This document shows, piece by piece, positions 26,946 through 36,362 of a stretch of DNA of 64,000 nucleotides. Source of the stretch: a virus (lineage: Duplodnaviria > Caudoviricetes). The first letter of the stretch is position 1. The number at the start of each line of letters is the position of its first letter. The translations under genes and the position numbers were made by a program. Below the pieces are notes generated by a model, which did no database searches, was not told the DNA's origin, and saw only the letters and a list, made by a program, of their open reading frames with translations. The stretch is taken from positions 878 through 64,877 of the IMG/VR virus record IMGVR_UViG_3300025652_000061; one strand, given 5' to 3'.

Positions 26946-29900
26946 TGTCAAATCTGGTAAGGAACTTCATCAAGGGGCGTATGAACAAGAGCGTCGACGA
27001 GCGTCTTGTTCCCCAAGGAGAGTATATCAACGCTGAGAATATCCGCATGGGTTCCACTGAGGACTCGGAGATAGGGGCGGTAGAAAATACCAAGGGCAAT
27101 ACCCAACTTACCACGCTGGTGTACCCACCTACGGGAACGGTCTTAAGCGATAACGCCACCTGCATAGGGGCGTATAGCGACGACGCTAATGAGACGCTGT
27201 ACTGGTTCGTTCATGACCCATCCTTTACTGAAGGAGCGACAGGCAAGCTTGACCTTATTGTTTCCTTTAACACGCGCTCCGAAGACCTCGTGTATCATAT
27301 CGTCAGCATCGACGACGGTGGCGGAGATGATACCACGCTGAACTTCAACCCACAGTATCTGATAACTGGCATCAACTTGGTTGATGGGCTGCTGTTCTTT
27401 ACCGACGACGCCAATCCGCCACGACGAATTAACGTTACACGCTCGTACCCTCAGCCCGTAGCTAACATCGACGACAACGAGCTTGGAGACAGGGTTATGG
27501 TTCTTAAGGGTATTCCTCTTGCTTCGCCTTCTTTGGCGCTCATTGAGGTAGACAACTCCCAGAACAACTATATGGAGGAGCGCATCATCTGCTTCGCGTA
27601 TAGGTACCGATATGAGGAGGGTGAGTACTCGGCTACCTCACAGTTTACCGGTCCGGCATTTACTGCTGGCTCTTTCTTTTTCTCTGCCGAAAGCCTTACT
27701 AACGAGGGCATGGAGAACCAGACTAACAACGCTCTGGTGACCATAAACACAGGCGGCAATCTAGTCAAGGGATTCGACCTCTTATTTAAGGAGATGGACG
27801 ATAGCATCGTCCGCGTTATAGAGCGGTTTGATAAGCAGCAAGACGGTATTCCCGACGACTCTACATTCACTTACGAGTTTGACAACAGCAAGATTTTCAC
27901 CATCCTTCCTGAGAGTGAGATACTAAGGCTGTATGACAACGTCCCGCGCTTAGCACAGGCGCAGACCTTGATGGGGAATAGGCTCGTCTATGGCAACTAC
28001 CTCGAGGGCTATGACCTTATCGAGAGGCCCGGAGTGCCTATCCGCCTCAACTATTTTGTTACGCATATTAAAGAGGAGCTTGGAAACGCGAGTGTTTCTT
28101 TCACCATCTCGAACGCCACTACCTATCTGTTGGATGGTCAGGGGCTGACACCGAACCTGACGATGGAGATTACCATCACAGACTTCACTAACGTGGAGAT
28201 GGGCGACACCTTTGAGATATCGGTCGAGGCAAACCACGAGTCTTGGACTACTGTTTCTGGAACGTCACCCACTTCTACTGTTCCTGTCGACTCTGTTGTT
28301 TCTTGGACATATACCGTCGACGCCGACTACAATACGTTGGCCGATATGTGTACCAGCCCCGGGTTCTCCAACAGCTTAGGTACCCCAACAAACATTGAGA
28401 CCGACCCGGCCCTTTATGCCAACTCCGACCAGTCCATCTTTACCAATGCGTGGAATAACATTTTCCCTCTAACGGCTACTGGTGGCACTCCCGACCCACA
28501 AAACTTGGTGGGTACGGGCGTCAATCAAATCGGCGACTCTATCCTAGGTACCGTCGTTAGTGACGATACGTTCCGGCTTCTGTTCCCAATACCTAAATAC
28601 ACCAGCGGTGGTACCACCTCTTATGAAAGCGTTGGTTTATCAGAATCAACTAGCAGGGTTAACTACTACTCTGTTGGGGCACAGAGGAGCTTACACAGCA
28701 ACCGGAGTTACGAGGTTGGCATCGTGTATATGGATGCCTACGGTCGCTCTAGTACTGCGCTCGTCAGCGAGCGCAATCAAATCCACATTCCTTGTGGCGA
28801 CTCTATCTTCCGAAACCAAGCAAGGGTTCAGATTCCGTATTGGAACCCAGCTCCTTATTGGGCTGAGACATACAAGTTCGTCATTAAGCCCGACCGGGAG
28901 GGGTATGAGACTATTTACTCAAACTACTATTTCGAAAATGGAGGGACGAAATACTTTCTGTTAGAGGGCGAGCAAGCTGCCAAGGCAGAAAAGGGAGACA
29001 GGTATGTTGTCAAGTCTGACGCTGGAGGCGCAATCACCTCGTGTGAATACATAACGGTATTAGAAAAAAGCATTATAGGAGTAGGGGCCCTTAATGAAAC
29101 CCCTCCCCTTCCAGCTATAGCGGGAACATACATCTCAGTCAAGTCTGCTGAAACGAACATCGACACCAGCGTTGACTTCCCGTTTTATGATTCCGGTTCT
29201 CAAAAGGAATGTGCTGGAGTGTTGGGTGGTCTTTTAGCGGGTCTTGCCGATGTCCCGCTCGTTGAGATTGGCAACATCCCTACTTACGCAATAAACGCTG
29301 GGACTAGAATTACCATAGTCATAAAAACCACACGGGGAGGAACTGGAGACGGGAACAACGCTTGTGAGTCAAGGTACATGAAGCTTGAGGAGTCGTTCAC
29401 GGTCTTAGAGGACTATACCGACTTTGCGGATTGGTTTTATGGCAACCCCGAAGTCGTAGCAAGGCTGCAATCTCATGTTGTTGAGACGGGGGGCAACACG
29501 GAATATCCTGTTATGGTTATTAGTAGTGGCCCATTACCGAGTGGAGTCCAACAGCCCGATTCCATTGCGGATGGAGGCGTATTCATTAAGGTCAGCACCA
29601 GTAATGGTATTTCATTCGACGTCAAAGGGACGGGCTCTTGTGGTTCTGCAACTGGAGCTGGTTTTAACTCCAGCAGGAAAGGCTGCGTAAAAGTGCGGGT
29701 TCAAATAGTTCCAGCAAATGAAACTATAGTCTTTGAGACCGAGCCGCAAAACGCATTTCCCGACCTATGGTATGAGTCTAGCGAATCCTATGACATCGTC
29801 TACGATGCGGTGACAGGGAACCGCTATCACCGAGGGAACCTACAGAACCAGAGCGCCACACAAAACGCTATCGTAGACACAGGGTTTTTCAACTGTATCA

Positions 29901-31600
29901 CTTATGGCAATGGCATCGAGAGCTACAAGATTCGCGACTCGATAACTGGTAAGCCGATTACTCTTGGCAACCGCGTCACCACCGTCAGTGAGCAGGACTA
30001 CAAAGAGATTCGCCGCTTTGCCGACCTGACATACAGCGGGGTATACAACGACGAGACGAACCTCAACAAGCTCAATGAGTTCAACCTTGGCTTGCTAAAC
30101 TTCAAGCCGCTAGAGGACAGCTATGGGCCTGTGGCTAAGCTTTTTGGTAGGCGTACCGATATCCTAACGTTGCAGGAGGATAAGATTAGCTACGTCTTAG
30201 CGGGTAAGAACCTACTTACCGACTCTACGGGAGAGAGCGTAGTCACATCCATCCCTGAAGTGTTGGGCACACAGGTGGCCCGCGTTGAGGACTTTGGCAT
30301 CAGCAATAACCCCGAAAGCTTTGCGGAGCGCGGACCACACAAGTTCTTTACCGATGCCAAGCGCGGTGCTGTCATCCATCTCTTTGGAGAAGGGCAGAAA
30401 GAACAACTCTTGGTTGCTAGTGAGAACGGAATGCGTAGCTGGTTCCGCGATGAGTTTATCGCAAGCTTTAATACGCAGAAGCTCGGCGGCTACGACCCAT
30501 ATATGAACGAGTATGTGTTGGCAAGCAGCGACACGCTACTCCCCGGGCCTCCCGAGTGTATCCCCTGTGGCGTTACGCAGACGTTCCTGCTTAGTAGTCC
30601 GGGGCAATCGTTCTGTGTTGATGTAGGCGACTCTGTTGGTGATGTAACTGTTTCTTACACCATATCGCAAGACAACCCTGCTGATACGATAGACATTTCT
30701 ACCACCTATCCTATTGGTGCTGCCCCGGTAGTTACTTCGGGCATTAGTGAGTCTAACCCTACGGCTATACCCATCATCGATAAGAACACCGTTCAAAATG
30801 GTGTGGTCAATGTAGACGTCGACTATGCTGGAACAGACAGGTTTATTTTGAGCATTACGGTATCGTGTCCCGATGCGGACCAGATTACCGTTAAGCTCGT
30901 TACGCTGACACGCCCTTCTCAATCGGGTCAGTTGATTCATAACGAGTACCGATGGGATGCTGGGTCTTTCAATTCCCCTTTGCATAGTGAGCAGATAAAG
31001 TTTGCGGTTGGAAGCACCCTTCCTGTCATGAGTCAGTTTGCGCAGTTCTCTGGTTCGCAAGGCGGTGGCATCATACCTACCGATGGTGCTAACGTAGAGA
31101 TGCGTTACAACAGGTTTGGGAACGACAACTACATACTCGACCCGGCTGACAGGTTCTACTACTTGCGTAGCAACACCGACTACGCCAACACCCCTGTCGA
31201 CATTGAGGCTCTGCGTGCTGCTGCACTTCCCTCCACAGGCATTGTGCCTGCCGGAGGTCCGGCCTTGTATACCGGGAACTTCACTATGCCTGCCACCGGG
31301 GACTTCTTGTATCTCATTTGGGATTACTCTTCGGCCCTTCCTACCGCTTTGTGTTTTAGTGCATCAAAGGTTGGCGCGTGTTGCGAGTGCGTCTGCGACC
31401 CCGCTAACTGCCAACAGTACACTGTTTACAACGCAAGCAGCAGCAATATGACGGTGGAGTATACCGAGTGTGGCGGCGGCACCGAATATGTTACCATTGC
31501 TGGTAAGAACACAATCAGTTTGTGCTCAGACACCTACCCGGTTGCTATTTCTGGTCAGACAGACTTCATGCAGGTGACCATCACTAATTGCGAATGTTGA
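26945..31600 (+). CDS. Tail stabilization/muzzle protein, N-terminal part, with Cys-rich extension
   Basis: FIKGRMNKSVDERLVPQGEY, LFFTDDANPPRRIN, FAYRYRY, GNRLVYGNY, FGISNNPESF, FFTDAKRGAV. Confidence 0.75.
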   Translation: MSNLVRNFIKGRMNKSVDERLVPQGEYINAENIRMGSTEDSEIGAVENTKGNTQLTTLVYPPTGTVLSDNATCIGAYSDDANETLYWFVHDPSFTEGATGKLDLIVSFNTRSEDLVYHIVSIDDGGGDDTTLNFNPQYLITGINLVDGLLFFTDDANPPRRINVTRSYPQPVANIDDNELGDRVMVLKGIPLASPSLALIEVDNSQNNYMEERIICFAYRYRYEEGEYSATSQFTGPAFTAGSFFFSAESLTNEGMENQTNNALVTINTGGNLVKGFDLLFKEMDDSIVRVIERFDKQQDGIPDDSTFTYEFDNSKIFTILPESEILRLYDNVPRLAQAQTLMGNRLVYGNYLEGYDLIERPGVPIRLNYFVTHIKEELGNASVSFTISNATTYLLDGQGLTPNLTMEITITDFTNVEMGDTFEISVEANHESWTTVSGTSPTSTVPVDSVVSWTYTVDADYNTLADMCTSPGFSNSLGTPTNIETDPALYANSDQSIFTNAWNNIFPLTATGGTPDPQNLVGTGVNQIGDSILGTVVSDDTFRLLFPIPKYTSGGTTSYESVGLSESTSRVNYYSVGAQRSLHSNRSYEVGIVYMDAYGRSSTALVSERNQIHIPCGDSIFRNQARVQIPYWNPAPYWAETYKFVIKPDREGYETIYSNYYFENGGTKYFLLEGEQAAKAEKGDRYVVKSDAGGAITSCEYITVLEKSIIGVGALNETPPLPAIAGTYISVKSAETNIDTSVDFPFYDSGSQKECAGVLGGLLAGLADVPLVEIGNIPTYAINAGTRITIVIKTTRGGTGDGNNACESRYMKLEESFTVLEDYTDFADWFYGNPEVVARLQSHVVETGGNTEYPVMVISSGPLPSGVQQPDSIADGGVFIKVSTSNGISFDVKGTGSCGSATGAGFNSSRKGCVKVRVQIVPANETIVFETEPQNAFPDLWYESSESYDIVYDAVTGNRYHRGNLQNQSATQNAIVDTGFFNCITYGNGIESYKIRDSITGKPITLGNRVTTVSEQDYKEIRRFADLTYSGVYNDETNLNKLNEFNLGLLNFKPLEDSYGPVAKLFGRRTDILTLQEDKISYVLAGKNLLTDSTGESVVTSIPEVLGTQVARVEDFGISNNPESFAERGPHKFFTDAKRGAVIHLFGEGQKEQLLVASENGMRSWFRDEFIASFNTQKLGGYDPYMNEYVLASSDTLLPGPPECIPCGVTQTFLLSSPGQSFCVDVGDSVGDVTVSYTISQDNPADTIDISTTYPIGAAPVVTSGISESNPTAIPIIDKNTVQNGVVNVDVDYAGTDRFILSITVSCPDADQITVKLVTLTRPSQSGQLIHNEYRWDAGSFNSPLHSEQIKFAVGSTLPVMSQFAQFSGSQGGGIIPTDGANVEMRYNRFGNDNYILDPADRFYYLRSNTDYANTPVDIEALRAAALPSTGIVPAGGPALYTGNFTMPATGDFLYLIWDYSSALPTALCFSASKVGACCECVCDPANCQQYTVYNASSSNMTVEYTECGGGTEYVTIAGKNTISLCSDTYPVAISGQTDFMQVTITNCEC

Positions 31601-31601
31601 C

Positions 31602-32525
31602 ATGGGACTTATATCCAACTACTATTTAAACGGAACTACGCTCACCACGTCTACGAACATCTATTCTGATGCGGCACTTACCACGCCGGCCCCAGACGGG
31701 TTCTACTCGCAGAATGGATTCTATCGTGAGGCCGTGGCGGGAGTGTTGGGCACAACACAGGCGTGTCCTAGTTGTATCTCCTCGTGCCCATTGAATATCT
31801 CTACGCTTATGTCCTCTACGGGTCTGTATAGCGTTGAGGTTGAGATTAACGCTACGGTTGGCGCGGTCATTATTACGTTCGACCCACGCTCTACTCCGTA
31901 TGCTATTCGCGCTACATACAACAACACGGTATACAACGCTATCAGCTCCCCTGTCGATGGATACCACAAGGCCACCTCAAGTACGAACCCTACGTACATA
32001 GGTAATGGCTCCGACCCGTGTGCGTCTACATTGGTTTCAAACTCTCCTTACGGTGCGGTAACAGAATACAACTGGTACGACACAGCCTTCTACGATACGG
32101 GCAATACTAGCAGCGTTGTCGTTTCTGCTGGCGACGCCAGCTTTACTACTGGAGCTAGTCCCGGAAGCTGCGTTATGGTCATCCCTAAGATTACCACTCC
32201 GTCAGCCAATCTATTGATTGAGGTGGTAGAGCCGGCATCGTGTACGGGTCTTGCGTCCCTCAATGTCGCGTGCCCTGTTACTCTTTCTTCTTTCTTAGGC
32301 TCTGATGTTGGAGCAGTTTGTGGAGCTGGCATCAGCAACACCTATTACAACGTCCCTGTTACTGGCACTGTTGGCGCCCCGGCATTGTACGACTGGGTCT
32401 TCTTAGACGAAAACGCCGAAGACGCACTGCCCGATGGAGACTACATTTTTGCTGACGGAAGTAACGGAACGCCACACACCATTACCAATGGCATTATCAC
32501 TAATGTCGGAACCCCCTGTCCATAA
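31602..32525 (+). CDS. Cys-containing tail accessory protein
   Basis: IYSDAALTTPAPDGFYS motif; beta-rich. Confidence 0.7.
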   Translation: MGLISNYYLNGTTLTTSTNIYSDAALTTPAPDGFYSQNGFYREAVAGVLGTTQACPSCISSCPLNISTLMSSTGLYSVEVEINATVGAVIITFDPRSTPYAIRATYNNTVYNAISSPVDGYHKATSSTNPTYIGNGSDPCASTLVSNSPYGAVTEYNWYDTAFYDTGNTSSVVVSAGDASFTTGASPGSCVMVIPKITTPSANLLIEVVEPASCTGLASLNVACPVTLSSFLGSDVGAVCGAGISNTYYNVPVTGTVGAPALYDWVFLDENAEDALPDGDYIFADGSNGTPHTITNGIITNVGTPCP

Positions 32526-33301
32526 TGCCGTACACGCTTACATACAGTCCACCTGCTGAGGGCTGGCCTTCGTTCTATTCGTTTGAACCAGAGTGGATAC
32601 AGGGCATGAACCAGTACCTGTATACGTTCAATGGTGGCAACCTCTTTCGGCACAACACCAACGAGGTGCGCAACAACTTCTATGGGCAGCAGTTCAACAG
32701 CACCATTCAAAGCGTCTTCAACGACGACCCTATCGTCAATAAGGTTTTCAAGACATTACAGATTGAGGGCAACAGACCTTGGGCCGCTACGTTTACCTCC
32801 GACCAGCAGGACGGGAGGTTTATGGACGTAGGGTTCTTTGAGAAGAAGGAGGGCGACTGGTTTGCTTTCGTTCGTACTGAGAACAACAACCCCGCTTTAC
32901 CCGATGAGTACGCCCTGCGCTCTCTCAGCGGCATTGGTATCAGCGATGTAGTTGCTGCGGGTCAGGTCGACTTTGCATTGACGGTAAGTATTGGAAGCAT
33001 ACTTAGCATTGGCGACTACCTGTACTATGCCCTTCCCCCGCTTTACGATTCTATTGTCTATGCTGGTGTGGTTACATCTGTTAACGTAGATATCCCTAAC
33101 GGAATCAACCAAATCCTACACAATAACGGAGGCATTCCTACCCTTGTGCAAGACGCATTATGGTTGGGCATCAAGAACCAACAAGCAGAGTCTAACGGAC
33201 TCCTTGGGCACTACGGAGTCTTTGAGCTGACCAACACCGATACCGAGGCTGTGGAGATGTTTGTGGCACGGACCGAAGCTATGAAGTCGTATCCCGGCTA
33301 A
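32525..33301 (+). CDS. Tail stabilization protein, C-terminal part, as a separate gene
   Basis: TLTYS..GWPSFYSF.PE..YTFNGGNLFRHN, NKVFKTL, KKEGDWF. Confidence 0.65.
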   Translation: MPYTLTYSPPAEGWPSFYSFEPEWIQGMNQYLYTFNGGNLFRHNTNEVRNNFYGQQFNSTIQSVFNDDPIVNKVFKTLQIEGNRPWAATFTSDQQDGRFMDVGFFEKKEGDWFAFVRTENNNPALPDEYALRSLSGIGISDVVAAGQVDFALTVSIGSILSIGDYLYYALPPLYDSIVYAGVVTSVNVDIPNGINQILHNNGGIPTLVQDALWLGIKNQQAESNGLLGHYGVFELTNTDTEAVEMFVARTEAMKSYPG

Positions 33302-33318
33302 GCGTTACTTTTATATTG

Positions 33319-33801
33319 ATGGAAGAGATTCTGCATAACATCCATACCGAGAGAGGTTTGATTTGGGAATCTATTGAGGATTTGCACAAGGTCATGTTAA
33401 AGACCGAGGGTGTGGCGCATCACCACACCGAGGCTATGGAGGAACTCTTACCCGTCACTCATCACATTGAGAACGGGATGTATACCCGAGAGATTTTTAT
33501 GCCACAGGGGGCTTTTGTCGTAAGCTTCATCCACAAGCAGAACCACCCGTCTTTCTTTTTGGAAGGCGATATGTCTTTGCTCATGGACACCGGCGAGGTC
33601 AAGCGTATCAAGGGCCCTATGGTGGTGCATACAGAGGTCGGAACACAACGCGTGGCATACATCCATGAGGATACGCGCTGGGTATGCGTGTATCGCACCG
33701 ACGCAACGACGGTAGAGGAGGCAGAAAAAGACGCATACACCCTTGACTTCAGGCAGTTGCCGGAGTCAGTAATACAAAAAAAATTATGGCAGGAGCACTA
33801 G
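33319..33801 (+). CDS. Cupin-fold phage protein
   Basis: HHIENGMYTREIFMP..IHKQNH..GTQRVAYIHEDT. Confidence 0.75.
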   Translation: MEEILHNIHTERGLIWESIEDLHKVMLKTEGVAHHHTEAMEELLPVTHHIENGMYTREIFMPQGAFVVSFIHKQNHPSFFLEGDMSLLMDTGEVKRIKGPMVVHTEVGTQRVAYIHEDTRWVCVYRTDATTVEEAEKDAYTLDFRQLPESVIQKKLWQEH

Positions 33802-36362
33802 CAGCAGCCCTAATCGCTGGCAAAGCAATTACTGCGGCGGCAGTCGCAAGCGGCGTCTCAGGAGCGCAAATGATTGGCGGCACGATAAAGTCTTTTTCTG
33901 AAGCGGGAAAAGCTAGGCGGCGAGGCATCAAGGCTGAGCGTGCTGTCACAGATAGTCTCAAGGCTGCAAGGAGGCAGATTGACGTGAACACGGCTGAGCG
34001 TCTGTCTATCCCCAAAGAGCCTTACGAGCTTATGCGCGAGGCTGCACTCGTCTCTGGTGGCACAGGTATGCAGGCTGGCGTCGAGGGGGAGACCCGTGGT
34101 GCAGCGGCTACAGCGGGCCGCATGCAAATGGCCAACCTTGCCAACCAGTCTCAAATCCGAAGCGACATGGGCAAGGATATGTTTGAGATTGAGAAGATGA
34201 TTGCTGCTGACGACCTGCGCCGTAGGGAGCAGATGGCGGGCATCTCAATGACGGAGGCGGAGGGAGCGGCTAAAGCTGCCCGTGACGCAGAAGAAGACCG
34301 CGCGGCATATATAAAGGGCGGCTTCAAGGGCCTCACGGCAATTGGAAAGCAGGCCCTTAGTAGTTATGCTCAAGGCAACTTTGAAAACGCGGATACCGAT
34401 AGGGCAAGACGGCGCTCTGCTGAGGAAAGCGTTGGCGTATTAGACTCTCAAGGAGTTCCCGTAACGCCTCAAGATGTAGATATGTCTGGTTTCGGTTTCG
34501 ACTATGACGTCGACGGCGTCCCCGGCAATAATTTTCCGCCACCACCGCCCGATACTTATGTCACTCCGGGAGGCAATGTCGAGGCCCCTGAAGAAGGGGA
34601 CATTGGATTTACTGGTCCACCACAACCGCCTACCGCACGGGAGCTAAGGCAACAAGAACGAGCTGCTCGTCAGCGAGCGCGTCAACAGCGGCGTGCTGGA
34701 ACAACGTCTTACGACCCTGTATCTGCTCAGATGGGCCCGTCGTCTGCCGGCGTAGGTATGGAAGGAGAGATGTACCCCGGAGGTATCCCCGCCCCGCCCT
34801 CTTCTACGAGCTACGATACGGAGCCTATGAGCCCCGAAGAACGTCGTCGCGTCAGGGCTCGGCAAGAGTACGAGGAGCGTGCTGGCAATGCTGGTGGACA
34901 AAACGTTGCGGGCCCAAGGGTAGAGCAACCTGTAGAAACGCAAGTCGAGTTCCGTCGGCGACGCGATGCCGAGGAGCTACCGCAGCCAACGCCACAGCAG
35001 GCCGCGCCAACGCCACAGACAAGCCGCTCTTCCGTCCCTCCTATGACGCCACAGGAGCAGGCTGTAGCTACCGCACAGCTCCAGCAGCGGCGGGAGATGG
35101 AGGCTACAATGAGGATTGAGCGTGCCGCAGCAGGCATGACCGTTGGCATGAGCAACGCTACTATAACGCCAGAGCTGGCCGCTTTCTATGGTGTTGAGAC
35201 TGAGCTATCTCCTCAAGGTAGAGAAGGCGCCGTACCACCAGAAAGAGAGGCTACAGGACCACGTTCTGTTACCGACCCTACTGGCGGGGGGTCTGACACC
35301 ACTTCAACGGCCACCCCACGACCTCCAGCTACAGATGTTCCATACCCTCGAACAGAAGAGGTCAGGCAATCATCCGAGCTTTTGCAGGCCCTGACGGACA
35401 ATAAGATTCCTGTGATTATTTCTCAGCCGGCGACACCGCAGGTTGTGGAGGAATCCAATGCAGAAATGAGAAGTGCAGGTGAAGAAATTGGACCCGCCAC
35501 TGCTAAAATGGTTGAACGGGCTATTGAAAACACAGACCCAAGGAACCCCCTTCCGGTACTGATGCAGTACATAGGAGTTCAGGAACCGGTATACATCCCC
35601 AATCCTGAAGGTGTTAAGAACGAAGAGGGCGAAATAATTAAAATCCCAACCGACAGTACCGGTGCCGAAAACTTTGAGGGTGAGGAGTTTGTCTCAAAAT
35701 TTTGGGATAATCTAACCGGATATAAAGGGAAAAAAACACAGGACCGTTTAACTGAACGAGATGCATGGTGTGCTGCCTTTATGAATACAGTGCTCGTAGA
35801 TTCAAACCTGACGACGGTTAGGGGAGGAGTGGCTAATGAAGCAAAAGCTTTATCGTATGGTTCAACTCTTATAGGAGAAAACATATACACCAGTGAAGAG
35901 GGTGCTAAGAAAACCCAAGGGTATTTGAAGAGTATCGCTGACAAGCGTAAAAACGACACCCTAGAAGATTACGGAGGTAATCCCAAGGCTGGTGGAAACC
36001 TACGTAACGCACGGATTGGAGACGTGGTTGTTATCAAAGGGTCTGGTGATGGATATCACGTTACTGTTTTTGCTGGGTTTGATGACGACGGAAATATGCT
36101 TGGCGCTGGAGGAAATCAAAGCAATGAGGTAAATATCACACCTTACAAGACTGATAGAATTACGTCCATCCGACGTCCTGAGGCAATGGCTATGTCAGAA
36201 CAAGATTTAGAGGCGGTAAGCAATCTTCTGGTGGGTAGGGACGACGCAACTAAAGCATCCAGTAGGTTCTATGAAGAATACGACCCCACTTTTGTTGGCC
36301 CACCGCAAGCGCCTAGGGAGTATAAAAATGAGGGAACAGCAGAAGTTGCAAGCACACTATGA
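33786..36362 (+). CDS. Internal virion (ejection) protein with C-terminal CHAP/NlpC-P60 (TIGR02594-like) peptidoglycan hydrolase
   Basis: Ala/Gly-rich N-terminus; Pro-rich linker; WCAAFMN...GDVVVI..YHVTVF..GGNQSNEV. Confidence 0.8.
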   Translation: MAGALAAALIAGKAITAAAVASGVSGAQMIGGTIKSFSEAGKARRRGIKAERAVTDSLKAARRQIDVNTAERLSIPKEPYELMREAALVSGGTGMQAGVEGETRGAAATAGRMQMANLANQSQIRSDMGKDMFEIEKMIAADDLRRREQMAGISMTEAEGAAKAARDAEEDRAAYIKGGFKGLTAIGKQALSSYAQGNFENADTDRARRRSAEESVGVLDSQGVPVTPQDVDMSGFGFDYDVDGVPGNNFPPPPPDTYVTPGGNVEAPEEGDIGFTGPPQPPTARELRQQERAARQRARQQRRAGTTSYDPVSAQMGPSSAGVGMEGEMYPGGIPAPPSSTSYDTEPMSPEERRRVRARQEYEERAGNAGGQNVAGPRVEQPVETQVEFRRRRDAEELPQPTPQQAAPTPQTSRSSVPPMTPQEQAVATAQLQQRREMEATMRIERAAAGMTVGMSNATITPELAAFYGVETELSPQGREGAVPPEREATGPRSVTDPTGGGSDTTSTATPRPPATDVPYPRTEEVRQSSELLQALTDNKIPVIISQPATPQVVEESNAEMRSAGEEIGPATAKMVERAIENTDPRNPLPVLMQYIGVQEPVYIPNPEGVKNEEGEIIKIPTDSTGAENFEGEEFVSKFWDNLTGYKGKKTQDRLTERDAWCAAFMNTVLVDSNLTTVRGGVANEAKALSYGSTLIGENIYTSEEGAKKTQGYLKSIADKRKNDTLEDYGGNPKAGGNLRNARIGDVVVIKGSGDGYHVTVFAGFDDDGNMLGAGGNQSNEVNITPYKTDRITSIRRPEAMAMSEQDLEAVSNLLVGRDDATKASSRFYEEYDPTFVGPPQAPREYKNEGTAEVASTL

